A stretch of 53,425 nucleotides of DNA from Escherichia phage vB_EcoS-640R1. Position numbers and translations under genes: made by a program. The DNA lies in the sequence record ON470612; one strand, 5' to 3'. Positions 23,794-31,797 of the stretch are shown here, in pieces. The notes beneath the pieces were generated by a model. The model did not search any database and had not been told where the DNA came from. It saw only the letters and a list, made by a program, of their open reading frames with translations. Numbering within the stretch: position 1 is the first letter of the stretch; every line of letters starts with the position of its first letter.

Positions 23794-23862
23794 GAGACCT
23801 GGCGGGGGAGAAATCCCTCGCCACCTCTGATGTGTCAGGCATCCTCAACGCACCCGCACGTA

Positions 23863-23889
23863 ACCCGCTTCGGCGGGTTTTGTTTTTTC
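23863..23889 (+). terminator. Intrinsic terminator after hok
   Basis: CCCGCTTCGGCGGG hairpin followed by TTTTGTTTTTT. Confidence 0.6.
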
Positions 23890-23960
23890 CTGGCATTCTG
23901 GTTTACAATTCGCACGCCAGCCTGAACAACTGGCACCTGCTGCGCCAGCAGAGACAACCG

Positions 23961-24239
23961 ATGGCGCACGATACCAAATTACACAATTCTAATGATTCTG
24001 CCGTCTTTGCCAGTAGGTGCGGACGGCGTTTTCACGCATTCAAATCAGACTGGTTCCAGCATCCTCCATGCACTGAAGAGCAGGCGGAATGGATAATTCA
24101 GTGTTACCGCAGGCGCGGATACGAGGTTAAGAAAGCTCTTAGCCTCGACTACCGTCACTGGATAATCTCAGTCAGACTCCCTTACTCCGAACGCCCACCG
24201 CGTTCATCCCGCACATACCAGCAACGGATCTGGAGGTAA
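23961..24239 (+). CDS. Hypothetical nin-region protein (Rem-like position)
   Basis: Internal Met of track ORF 23832..24239; lies between hok and the DUF968 gene as rem does in Qin. Confidence 0.4.
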   Translation: MAHDTKLHNSNDSAVFASRCGRRFHAFKSDWFQHPPCTEEQAEWIIQCYRRRGYEVKKALSLDYRHWIISVRLPYSERPPRSSRTYQQRIWR

Positions 24240-24240
24240 C

Positions 24241-25299
24241 GTGCGGATATTACTTCGACCTGTTCTGGTACCGGAACTCGGGCTGGTGGTCCTTAGGCCG
24301 GGCCGTGAATCCATGCAAGTATTTCATAACCCTCGAGTGCTGGTGGAGCCTGAACCGAAAAGCATGCGCGGTCTGCCGTCCGGAGTCGTCCCTGCCGTTC
24401 GCCAGCCGCTGGCGGAGGATAAATCATTACTGCCATTTTTCAGCGATGATCGGGTGATTCGTGCTGCTGGCGGCGCTGGGGCACTGTCTGACTGGCTGTT
24501 GCGTCATGTCAAATCCTGCCAGTGGCCTCATGGTGACTATCATCACAGTGAAACCGTCATTCACCGTTACGGTACCGGCGCGATGGTGTTGTGCTGGCAC
24601 TGTGACAACCAGTTGCGGGACCAGACATCAGAATCACTCGGGCAACTTGCTCATCAAAACTTGTCAGCATGGATGATTGACGTCATCCGTCACGCAATCA
24701 GCGGTACGCAGGAGAGGGAGTTATCGCTGGCCGAATTATCCTGGTGGGCGGTCTGCAATCAGGTGGCTGATGCGCTTCCGGAGTCTGTATTGTGTCGTTC
24801 ACTGGGATTACCGGTGGAAAAAATCCGCTCCGTATACCGTGAGAGTGACATCGTACCGGGAGAACAGACTGCCACCAGCATACTGAAGCAGCGCACAAAA
24901 AATATTGCGCTGCCACTTCACGTCCACCAGCAACAGCCCCCACTCCAGGAAAAGACGTTAGTAAGCATCGCCGTTGATCCGGAGTCTCCGGTTCAGTATC
25001 TCCAGCGCCAGAAACCACAACGGGAAGAGATGCCTGTATACACGCGCTGGGTAAAAACGCAGAAATGCATGACGTGCGGTAATCAGGCAGATGATCCGCA
25101 TCACATCATTGGTCATGGCCTGGGAGGTATGGGAACAAAGGCTGATGATTTGTTTGTTATTCCGCTGTGCCGTAAATGTCATAACGAACTGCACGCCGGG
25201 GTAAAAGATTTTGAAGAAAAACACGGCAGCCAGCTGTTGTTGCTGATTCGTTTTTTAATGCACGCGAGAAATTCGGGTGTCCTGAAGTGGAAAGCATGA
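24241..25299 (+). CDS. DUF968-family phage protein (YdfU-like) with C-terminal Cys/His motif
   Basis: 352-aa ORF, GTG start after TGGAGGT; C-terminus CMTCGNQADDPHHIIGHG...CRKCHNELH. Confidence 0.7.
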   Translation: MRILLRPVLVPELGLVVLRPGRESMQVFHNPRVLVEPEPKSMRGLPSGVVPAVRQPLAEDKSLLPFFSDDRVIRAAGGAGALSDWLLRHVKSCQWPHGDYHHSETVIHRYGTGAMVLCWHCDNQLRDQTSESLGQLAHQNLSAWMIDVIRHAISGTQERELSLAELSWWAVCNQVADALPESVLCRSLGLPVEKIRSVYRESDIVPGEQTATSILKQRTKNIALPLHVHQQQPPLQEKTLVSIAVDPESPVQYLQRQKPQREEMPVYTRWVKTQKCMTCGNQADDPHHIIGHGLGGMGTKADDLFVIPLCRKCHNELHAGVKDFEEKHGSQLLLLIRFLMHARNSGVLKWKA

Positions 25300-25680
25300 A
25301 TGACTGAACGCATAGAATTTGTTTTGCCTTACCCGCCGACGGTGAATACCTACTGGCGACGTCATGGCAATACGTATTTCATCTCGGAGGCCGGAAAGCG
25401 TTATCGCCGTGATGTGGCGCTAATTGTTCGCCAGCAGCGGCTGAAATTAAACCTGTCCGGAAGGCTGGCGATAAAGGTGATTGCAGAGCCACCGGATAAG
25501 CGTCGTCGCGACCTGGACAATATCCTGAAAGCACCGCTGGATGCGCTGACGCATGCGGGAGTGTTAATGGACGATGAGCAGTTTGATGAAATCAATATCG
25601 TTCGTGGTCAGCCAGTATCTGGTGGACGTCTGGGGGTGAAGATTTACCCCATAATGCATGAAGAGCAGGTCAAAAAATGA
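25300..25680 (+). CDS. rusA: Holliday junction resolvase RusA
   Basis: MTERIEFVLPYPPTVNTYWRRHG...DLDNILKAPLDALTHAGVLMDDEQ: RusA motifs; 126 aa. Confidence 0.9.
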   Translation: MTERIEFVLPYPPTVNTYWRRHGNTYFISEAGKRYRRDVALIVRQQRLKLNLSGRLAIKVIAEPPDKRRRDLDNILKAPLDALTHAGVLMDDEQFDEINIVRGQPVSGGRLGVKIYPIMHEEQVKK

Positions 25681-26498
25681 AACTGGAAGATTTACCGAAA
25701 TACTACTCCCCAAAATCCCCTGGCCTGACCGATGCATCGGCCTCAACGTCAAAAGATGCGCTGAGTATCACTGATGTGATGGCCGCGCAGGGCATGACAC
25801 AGAATCGGGCTGAGATGGGGTTTTCTGCGTTCCTGGGGAAAATGGGCATCAGTATGAATGACAGGGCGCGGGCAACAGAATTACTGGCAGATTATGCACT
25901 CAGTCGGTGCGATCGTGTTGCGGCGTTGAGAAAACTTCCGGCAGAAATAAAACCGTTAGTGATGCGCATTATGGCTTCGTACGCTTTTGAGGATTATGCC
26001 CGCAGCGCAGCGAGTAAAAAGCAGTGCCCTTGTTGCTATGGGGAAAAATTTATTGAAAGCGTAGTTTTTACAAACAAGGTCCAGTATCCGGATGGTAAGC
26101 CGCCGGTATGGGCAAAGTGTACGAAAGGTGTGTATTCGTCTTACTGGGAAGAATGGAAAAAAGTCAGGGAGGTGGTAAAAGTTGCCTGTCCGGAGTGTGG
26201 CGGAAAGGGTGAGGTTTCCACCGCCTGTAAGGATTGCCGTGGGCGTGGTGTCGCCATTCATCGTGAAGAGTCGGTAAAACGTGGTATGCCTGTTATCAGA
26301 GACTGCCAGCGTTGTGGTGGTCGTGGCTATGAAAGACTACCATCAACGGAGACATTTAATGCTATATGCGAGGTGACAAACCAGATAACACGCGCGTCAT
26401 GGGAAAAAACAGTTAAGAAATTCTATGATGCGCTGGTGACCCGGTTTGATATTGAAGAAGCATGGGCTGAGCGGCAGTTAAAAAAGGTAACTAGGTAA
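25677..26498 (+). CDS. Late-gene antiterminator Q-like protein
   Basis: 273-aa ORF directly upstream of a pR'-like promoter, with CPECGGKG...CKDCRGRG...CQRCGGRG zinc-binding motifs; start overlaps rusA stop. Confidence 0.75.
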   Translation: MKLEDLPKYYSPKSPGLTDASASTSKDALSITDVMAAQGMTQNRAEMGFSAFLGKMGISMNDRARATELLADYALSRCDRVAALRKLPAEIKPLVMRIMASYAFEDYARSAASKKQCPCCYGEKFIESVVFTNKVQYPDGKPPVWAKCTKGVYSSYWEEWKKVREVVKVACPECGGKGEVSTACKDCRGRGVAIHREESVKRGMPVIRDCQRCGGRGYERLPSTETFNAICEVTNQITRASWEKTVKKFYDALVTRFDIEEAWAERQLKKVTR

Positions 26499-26503
26499 CA
26501 AGG

Positions 26504-26540
26504 TTGATTTTTCCGGAATCTGTGGTAAATTCGTCATAAT
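26504..26540 (+). promoter_or_regulatory. Putative late promoter pR'
   Basis: TTGATT -35, 16-nt spacer, extended -10 TGgTAAATT (the lambda pR' -10 is TAAATT), directly after the Q stop. Confidence 0.5.
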
Positions 26541-26578
26541 AATGGGCTTTTTATGCCTGACGTTAGAAGAGTTTCTAC

Positions 26579-26603
26579 AACCCGCCGCCGAGCGGGTTTT
26601 TTA
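26579..26603 (+). terminator. tR'-like intrinsic terminator
   Basis: CCCGCCGCCGAGCGGG hairpin followed by TTTTTTATT. Confidence 0.6.
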
Positions 26604-26641
26604 TTGCGGAATTAATTACGGACCGTTATTATTCTACTCCC

Positions 26642-26717
26642 GGCCCTTTAGCTCAGTGGTGAGAGCGAGCGACTCATAATCGCCAGGTCGCTGGTTCAAA
26701 TCCAGCAAGGGCCACCA
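26642..26717 (+). tRNA. tRNA with CAU anticodon (Met/Ile2-type, ileZ-like phage tRNA)
   Basis: 76 nt cloverleaf: 7-bp acceptor GGCCCTT/AAGGGCC, D-arm GCTC-AGTGGTGA-GAGC, anticodon loop CTCATAA, T-arm GCTGG-TTCAAAT-CCAGC, 3' CCA. Confidence 0.85.
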
Positions 26718-26815
26718 TCACAAACCGCCATTAGCTTATCAGGAAGAGCAGACGACACGATAACAGGGTTGTTGGTGCGGGGGCGGGTCCCCGATGGCGG
26801 TCCATTATCGGTATT

Positions 26816-26895
26816 CAGCGTTGTTAGCTCAGCCGGGCAGAGCAATTGCCTTCTAAGCAGCTGTGGTTGCACTCCTGTTGTTTCTGGTGGTGATG
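26816..26895 (+). pseudogene. Degenerate tRNA-Arg(UCU)-like remnant
   Basis: TTAGCTCAG...AGAGCAA...CCTTCTAAG matches the 5' half of argU-type tRNA, but the T-arm and acceptor 3' strand are not foldable. Confidence 0.4.
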
Positions 26896-27054
26896 GTGGA
26901 CTTCAGCAGCCGGATAATGTCGGTGCTGTCTGATGGTGTTTTGGTGGCGGGTGTGTGGTTGTTGCTTTCCCGTTGCTGAAAAAGAAAGCATCAGGCGATT
27001 AGCAGGGTATCAGTTACCCGTTGAAATTTTTAAATACCTCACAATTCCACAGCT

Positions 27055-27258
27055 TGATGATTGTCTGGCTGCCGGAGAATTTGTTAAAAATTACATCGCA
27101 TGGTGAATCCCCCTCAGCGGCGGGGCATCTGGCAAAGTGTATGATCCAGAGAACATGCAAATTCAGTAGACAGGCTGAATTTACCGGGAGGCCCCTGGCA
27201 CCATGCGACAGACAGAAATTAGGCTATACTTCAGCCCCTCTCCGGAGGGGCTTTTCTG
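27055..27258 (+). ncRNA. Candidate structured RNA element, copy 1, ends in intrinsic terminator
   Basis: Shares conserved blocks with copy 2 (TTGTCTGGC..TTTGTTAAAAA..CGCATGGTGAATCCCCCT; GAATT(T/C)ACCGGGAGGC..GGCACCATGC; AGCCCCTCTCCGGAGGGGCT + T-run); alternative pairings of GCATGGTGAAT with ATT(T/C)ACC or CACCATG. Confidence 0.4.
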
Positions 27259-27445
27259 TGCAGGATGTGTCACAGTTTCCTGAATTCTGAGTACTGTCCT
27301 GTTACTCAGGGTGCTATATTTTCTGACGTGATGAAAGTCTGCCGGAAGGCGGAACGTATCGGAAATGACCCAGTAGAGAAAACGTTGACTCAGATACCGA
27401 TGCTGAGTTACCGGGAAACCGGCATCACATGACCGCTATCCTTCC

Positions 27446-27475
27446 AGGCTCGCTCCGGCGGGCCTTTTTACTGCA
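27446..27475 (+). terminator. Intrinsic terminator between the two RNA-like elements
   Basis: AGGCTCGC-TCCG-GCGGGCCT hairpin (one G-U) followed by TTTTTA. Confidence 0.45.
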
Positions 27476-27525
27476 GAAAACAGTTTTCCCGTAAAATGCC
27501 ACGTTGCTCATAATTCAGGCTGGCG

Positions 27526-27720
27526 ATTATTGTCTGGCCGGCGGGAAGTTTGTTAAAAAATTTCGCATGGTGAATCCCCCTGTGCGGAGGGGTAATCAGC
27601 GAGTAGGTATATGGGATAATCGCGGATTCAGGTGCTGGTACTGAATTCACCGGGAGGCACCCGGCACCATGCAATGGCACATAGCGCCACTCTCCAGCCC
27701 CTCTCCGGAGGGGCTGTTTA
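27526..27720 (+). ncRNA. Candidate structured RNA element, copy 2, ends in terminator-like hairpin
   Basis: Same conserved 5', 3' and hairpin blocks as copy 1, with a divergent central segment. Confidence 0.4.
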
Positions 27721-27750
27721 TATTGATTTTGTCAGATGTGAGTAAACTCC

Positions 27751-28086
27751 TTATGGACTTTGTTGTTTTAGTCCATAAGGACATATTTGCAGAATGCAAC
27801 GGTTATTAAAGCATTCATTCAATACGTTATCTGTATTTGTAGGGCATTCCTGGCTGTTTTTGATTAAATTCCAGAATGTTTTATTGAATGGTACTACGTT
27901 GTAAATGGTTACAGGTAGCACTTTGTTATTGAGCATGATACCTGTGTGAGTCAGTGTAAATATACTTTCAGGAGGTAAGAAAGCATCCGATTGATACCAG
28001 ATTATTAATTTTACTTTACTCCATATGACTGAAAAAGATATTCCGCATGATGGCTGGATAACTGTATCAATTACAATCCACTTCAT
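27751..28086 (-). CDS. Hypothetical 111-aa protein in AT-rich moron island (the slot where Stx phages carry stxAB)
   Basis: Track ORF with AAGGAAG Shine-Dalgarno 4 nt before ATG; surrounded by markedly AT-rich DNA (27720-28330); no recognisable family. Confidence 0.5.
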   Translation of the reverse strand: MKWIVIDTVIQPSCGISFSVIWSKVKLIIWYQSDAFLPPESIFTLTHTGIMLNNKVLPVTIYNVVPFNKTFWNLIKNSQECPTNTDNVLNECFNNRCILQICPYGLKQQSP

Positions 28087-28346
28087 TTAGCTTCCTTGTT
28101 TATGCCTTGCTGGTGATGTTCTGAAAAGTATAAATGATATTTTTGAATATAAACCATAGAGCAGAATTATTTTTCTGATGTTGTTTATTGTTTATTTAAA
28201 TGCAGGGTGGTTTATATCTCGTCTTGTAGTTTATCCATGCATATCTGCTTGATGATCAGGTTTCTATTTAAGGTATGGTTTTGTGTTTTTTCTGTGTTAC
28301 ATGTCTGGTATTTTAAAGAATTATTTTTCAGATGGTGGAAAGAACC

Positions 28347-28535
28347 ATGGCATTTAAACACTATGATGTTGTCAGGGCGGCGCCGCCGTCAGATCTTGCG
28401 GAAAAGCTGACACATAAACTGAAAGAGGGCTGGCAGCCGTTTGGTAGTCCGGTGGCCATAACCCCTTATACCCTGATGCAGGCGATTGCAGCAGAAGGTG
28501 ATGTGGTGGTCAGTGGTGCAACTGAGCCGGAGTGA
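28347..28535 (+). CDS. DUF1737-like small protein, commonly found just upstream of lambdoid lysis cassettes
   Basis: MAFKHYDVVRAAPPSDLAEKLTHKLKEGWQPFGSPVAITPYTLMQAIAAEGDVVVSG...; internal start of track ORF 28332..28535. Confidence 0.65.
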   Translation: MAFKHYDVVRAAPPSDLAEKLTHKLKEGWQPFGSPVAITPYTLMQAIAAEGDVVVSGATEPE

Positions 28536-28691
28536 TACTACGTCATCGTACTGGCCCGGCATTCCAGACCATAAAAGACGGTCTGGCAGTGGGACTAAAT
28601 GCACTGACGCTGACGGATATTACCAAAAATGCAACGTATGGCGTTGAGATAGAAAGTCTGGTGCTGGAGATAAATACACCGGCATCATCAT
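28532..28691 (+). CDS. Possible small ORF (53 aa, GTG start) below ORF-track cutoff
   Basis: Protein-like translation (...[37 protein letters not shown]) in a frame overlapping the preceding stop; weak RBS. Confidence 0.25.
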
Positions 28692-28842
28692 AAAAAGTGA
28701 GCCAGTCAAATGGAAGGTATCGTTAAACTCACCGGTAGTGTCAGTGGATCGTCTGAGACGCTTGCATGAGTTATCAGAGCCATCAGTAGTTAACTGGTGG
28801 CTTTTTTATTGTTGTCAGCTTCCGGATAACGGGAGACGGGGT

Positions 28843-29058
28843 ATGGACCAGATGGAAAAAATCACAACAGGTGTGTCATACACCACGTCAGCGGTGGGAA
28901 CGGGCTACTGGTTCCTGCAGTTGCTGGACAGGGTTTCCCCGTCTCAGTGGGCGGCAATAGGCGTGCTGGGGAGTCTGCTGTTTGGGCTGCTGACATATCT
29001 GACTAACCTGTATTTCAAAATCAGAGAGGACCGTCGTAAGGCGGCACGGGGAGAGTAA
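28843..29058 (+). CDS. Pinholin, phage 21 S-type, with dual-start motif
   Basis: [71 protein letters not shown]: two TM helices, Met1/Met4 dual start, charged C-tail; track ORF extends upstream from a GTG. Confidence 0.85.
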   Translation: MDQMEKITTGVSYTTSAVGTGYWFLQLLDRVSPSQWAAIGVLGSLLFGLLTYLTNLYFKIREDRRKAARGE

Positions 29059-29062
29059 TTCA

Positions 29063-29413
29063 ATGACTCAAAACTATGAACTGATTGTGAAAGGGATCCG
29101 CAATTTTGAGAATAAAGTTACGGTAACTTTAGCGTTACGGGACAAAAAACGCTTTGACGGTGAAATTTTTGACCTGGACATCTCGCTGGACCGTGTTGAA
29201 GGTGCCGCGCTGGAGTTTTATGAGGCAGCAGCCAGAATGAGTATCAGACAGGTCTTCCTGGATGTTGCTGCCGGGTTATGTGAAGGGGATGAGCAGTCGC
29301 CGGAAAAGCGCCCCGTAATTTTAGAGGCGCAGAATGTATGGATAACCTACAAAGGAAAGCTACCGGGAAGAATTACTGGTTCTCTGAAGACTCCTCCGGA
29401 ATCACAACCTTAA
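29063..29413 (+). CDS. Hypothetical 116-aa protein inserted between holin and endolysin
   Basis: ATG after GGGGAGAG; occupies the whole S-R interval; no recognised family. Confidence 0.5.
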   Translation: MTQNYELIVKGIRNFENKVTVTLALRDKKRFDGEIFDLDISLDRVEGAALEFYEAAARMSIRQVFLDVAAGLCEGDEQSPEKRPVILEAQNVWITYKGKLPGRITGSLKTPPESQP

Positions 29414-29476
29414 GTCACTGACCGGAACAGATAAACCTGTCCGTGGGCAGAAACCGATAAATCCTGATAAATATCC

Positions 29477-30010
29477 ATGAACGCAAAAATCAGATACGGC
29501 CTGTCGGCTGCCGTTCTGGCACTGATTGCCGTCGGTGCGCCCGCGCCTGATATTCTCGACCAGTTTCTGGATGAAAAAGAAGGTAACCACACAACGGCAT
29601 ACCGCGATGGGTCCGGCATCTGGACCATCTGTCGGGGTGCCACGATGGTGGATGGAAAACCCGTTTTTCCCGGTATGAAACTGTCGAAGGAAAAATGCGA
29701 CCAGGTCAACGCCATTGAGCGTGATAAGGCGCTGGCATGGGTGGAGCGCAATATTAAAGTACTACTGACCGAACCACAAAAAGCGGGTATAGCGTCATTC
29801 TGTCCCTATAACATTGGCCCCGGTAAGTGTTTCCCGTCGACGTTTTATAAGCGGCTGAATGCCGGTGATCGTAAGGGCGCATGCGAGGCGATTCGCTGGT
29901 GGATAAAAGATGGTGGGCGCGATTGCCGCATACGTTCAAATAACTGCTATGGACAGGTTATTCGTCGTGACCAGGAAAGCGCATTAGCCTGTTGGGGGAT
30001 AGAGCAGTGA
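29477..30010 (+). CDS. SAR (signal-anchor-release) endolysin, lysozyme family
   Basis: N-terminal SAR domain ([18 protein letters not shown]) followed by a lysozyme E...D...T catalytic region ([22 protein letters not shown]); 177 aa. Confidence 0.88.
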   Translation: MNAKIRYGLSAAVLALIAVGAPAPDILDQFLDEKEGNHTTAYRDGSGIWTICRGATMVDGKPVFPGMKLSKEKCDQVNAIERDKALAWVERNIKVLLTEPQKAGIASFCPYNIGPGKCFPSTFYKRLNAGDRKGACEAIRWWIKDGGRDCRIRSNNCYGQVIRRDQESALACWGIEQ

Positions 30011-30468
30011 GCAGAGTCGCCGCGATTATTTATGCTTTGGTTATCTGCATCATCGTCTGCCTGTCGTGGGCGGTCAATCATTACCGTGATAACGCCATCG
30101 CCTACAAAGAACAGCGTGATAAAAAAGTCAGTGAGCTGAAGCAGGCGATCGCCACTATCGCTGACATGCAGCAGCGTCAGCGTGATGTTGCTGCACTCGA
30201 TGCAAAGTACTCGAGAGAATTAGCCAATGCGAAAGCTGAAAATGAAACTCTGCGCGCTGATGTTGCCGCTGGTCGTCGTCGGTTGCACATCAAAGCAGTC
30301 TGTCAGTCAGTGCGTGAAGCCACCACCGCCTCCGGCGTGGATAATGCAACCAGCCCCCGACTGGCAGACACCGCTGAACGGGATTATTTCACCCTCAGAG
30401 AGAGGCTGATCACAATGCAAAAACAACTGGAAGGAACCCAGAAGTATATTAATGAGCAGTGCAGATAG
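30007..30468 (+). CDS. i-spanin Rz
   Basis: GTG start overlapping the endolysin stop; [39 protein letters not shown]... matches lambda Rz; track ORF begins at upstream TTG 29992. Confidence 0.85.
   Translation: MSRVAAIIYALVICIIVCLSWAVNHYRDNAIAYKEQRDKKVSELKQAIATIADMQQRQRDVAALDAKYSRELANAKAENETLRADVAAGRRRLHIKAVCQSVREATTASGVDNATSPRLADTAERDYFTLRERLITMQKQLEGTQKYINEQCR
30227..30409 (+). CDS. o-spanin Rz1, embedded in Rz in the +1 frame
   Basis: [24 protein letters not shown]... lipobox VVGC and proline-rich PPPPPAW; 60 aa. Confidence 0.85.
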   Translation: MRKLKMKLCALMLPLVVVGCTSKQSVSQCVKPPPPPAWIMQPAPDWQTPLNGIISPSERG

Positions 30469-30499
30469 AGCTGCCCATATCGATGGGCAACTCATGCAA

Positions 30500-30793
30500 T
30501 TATTGTGAGCAATACACACGCGCTTCCAGTGGAGTATAAATGCCTAAAGTAATAAAACCGAGAAATCCATTTACGAATGTTTGCTGGGTTTCTGTTTTAA
30601 CAACATTTTCTGCGCCGCCACAAATTTTGGCTGCATCAACAGTTTTCTCCTGTCCAATTCCCGAAACGAAGAAATGATGGGTGATGGTTTCCTTTGGTGT
30701 TACTGCTGTCGGTTTGTTTCCAACAGTAAACGTCTGTTGAGCACATCCTGTAATAAGCATTGCCAGAGCGGCAGAAAACAACATTTTTTTCAT
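30500..30793 (-). CDS. bor: Bor-like serum-resistance lipoprotein
   Basis: MKKMLFSAALAMLITGCAQQTFTVGNKPTAVTPKETITHHFFVSGIGQEKTVDAAKICGGAENVVKTETQQTF... near-identical to lambda Bor; start at internal Met of track ORF. Confidence 0.88.
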   Translation of the reverse strand: MKKMLFSAALAMLITGCAQQTFTVGNKPTAVTPKETITHHFFVSGIGQEKTVDAAKICGGAENVVKTETQQTFVNGFLGFITLGIYTPLEARVYCSQ

Positions 30794-31318
30794 CTTATTA
30801 TCCTGCATTGTTAAAAACGGCAGAATCCTATGTGACAACAATTAAACGATAGTTAAATGGATTGATGAAAATTAAAACTATATAGGTGGATGCTCAGCCT
30901 ATTGGAGGTAGTCAGGATTTGAATGTCAGTCTGTTGTCGGCATTCTGGCAATGCAATTTGGATAAAGCGGGGATTAAAAAGATAGAGGCGAGCCGGTCAG
31001 GTAGAAATGAATCAGGCTCAAAGTGAAGCGGAAAAGGTCTGTGGCACAAGCTGATGCAGCCATAATTACAGCCTGATGATTTGTGGAATGAAACATGTTG
31101 AACCTCCTTAATTGATGTTATTCGAGTGATGAAGGCATTCTGTCCTTCTATAGTGTCCAGTAAATCAAACAGGAAACTTGTCCAACGTGTTGGACAAGCC
31201 TCTCCATTAGTGAGTTGTATTGATCACAACTCTACAAAGAATTCATTACTGGGTAGATGAAAATAGTTTCACTATGAATGGAGGAGGCTATGTCGGTGGC
31301 TTCTTCATTGGAGTACAT

Positions 31319-31669
31319 ATGCCCCCACGAATCCCACGCGCCTGCCGTAAGCGTGGATGTGCAGGTACAACCACAGACAGTTCTGGTTACTGCGATAAAC
31401 ATCGTGGCGAAGGATGGGTACAGCATCAACGCGGACTGAGCCGCCACCAGCGTGGCTATGGCTCGAAATGGGATGCCATACGTGCGCGCATACTGAAGCG
31501 TGATAATCATCTGTGTCAGAACTGCCTGCGCAATGGGAGAGCCGTTGAAGCCAGAACTGTGGACCACATCATTCCGAAAGCTCATGGTGGCACGGATGCA
31601 GACAGTAACCTGCAGAGTCTGTGCTGGCCCTGTCATAAAGCAAAAACAGCGCGCGAACGCCTCAATTGA
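31319..31669 (+). CDS. HNH endonuclease associated with terminase (HK97 gp74-like)
   Basis: Cys-rich N-terminus and HNH motif (DHIIPKAHGGTDADSNLQSLCWPCH); GGAG upstream; precedes terS/terL. Confidence 0.8.
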   Translation: MPPRIPRACRKRGCAGTTTDSSGYCDKHRGEGWVQHQRGLSRHQRGYGSKWDAIRARILKRDNHLCQNCLRNGRAVEARTVDHIIPKAHGGTDADSNLQSLCWPCHKAKTARERLN

Positions 31670-31797
31670 TAACAGTTCCCATCTGTAGGGGAGGGGCAGG
31701 TCAAATCTCTGCAACCCTGGCTGCTCAGTACCGCCGCCTGACCTTTCCTCGCATCGCCGCAGGTTCGAAAACTTTTTTTTGGAATGTGATTAAATGA

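Noticed and set aside
27098-27114. GTGAATCCCC motif resembling the start of ERIC/IRU repeats
   Set aside because: Similarity stops after about 10 nt; the remainder does not match the ERIC consensus, so the units are not ERIC copies.
27055-27720. Retron msr/msd or type III toxin-antitoxin (ToxI-like) repeat array
   Set aside because: No reverse transcriptase or ToxN-like ORF nearby; the units are ~200 nt with divergent centres, not short 34-36-nt tandem repeats; no flanking a1/a2 inverted repeats.
26900-28330. Shiga toxin genes stxA/stxB in the Q-tRNA-lysis slot
   Set aside because: No ORF here has the size or sequence of StxA (~315 aa) or StxB (~89 aa with signal peptide); the slot holds RNA-like repeats and an unrelated minus-strand ORF.
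29402-29751. Minus-strand ORFs (62 aa, 113 aa) overlapping the endolysin gene
   Set aside because: Antisense to a well-supported SAR endolysin; no RBS and no family resemblance.
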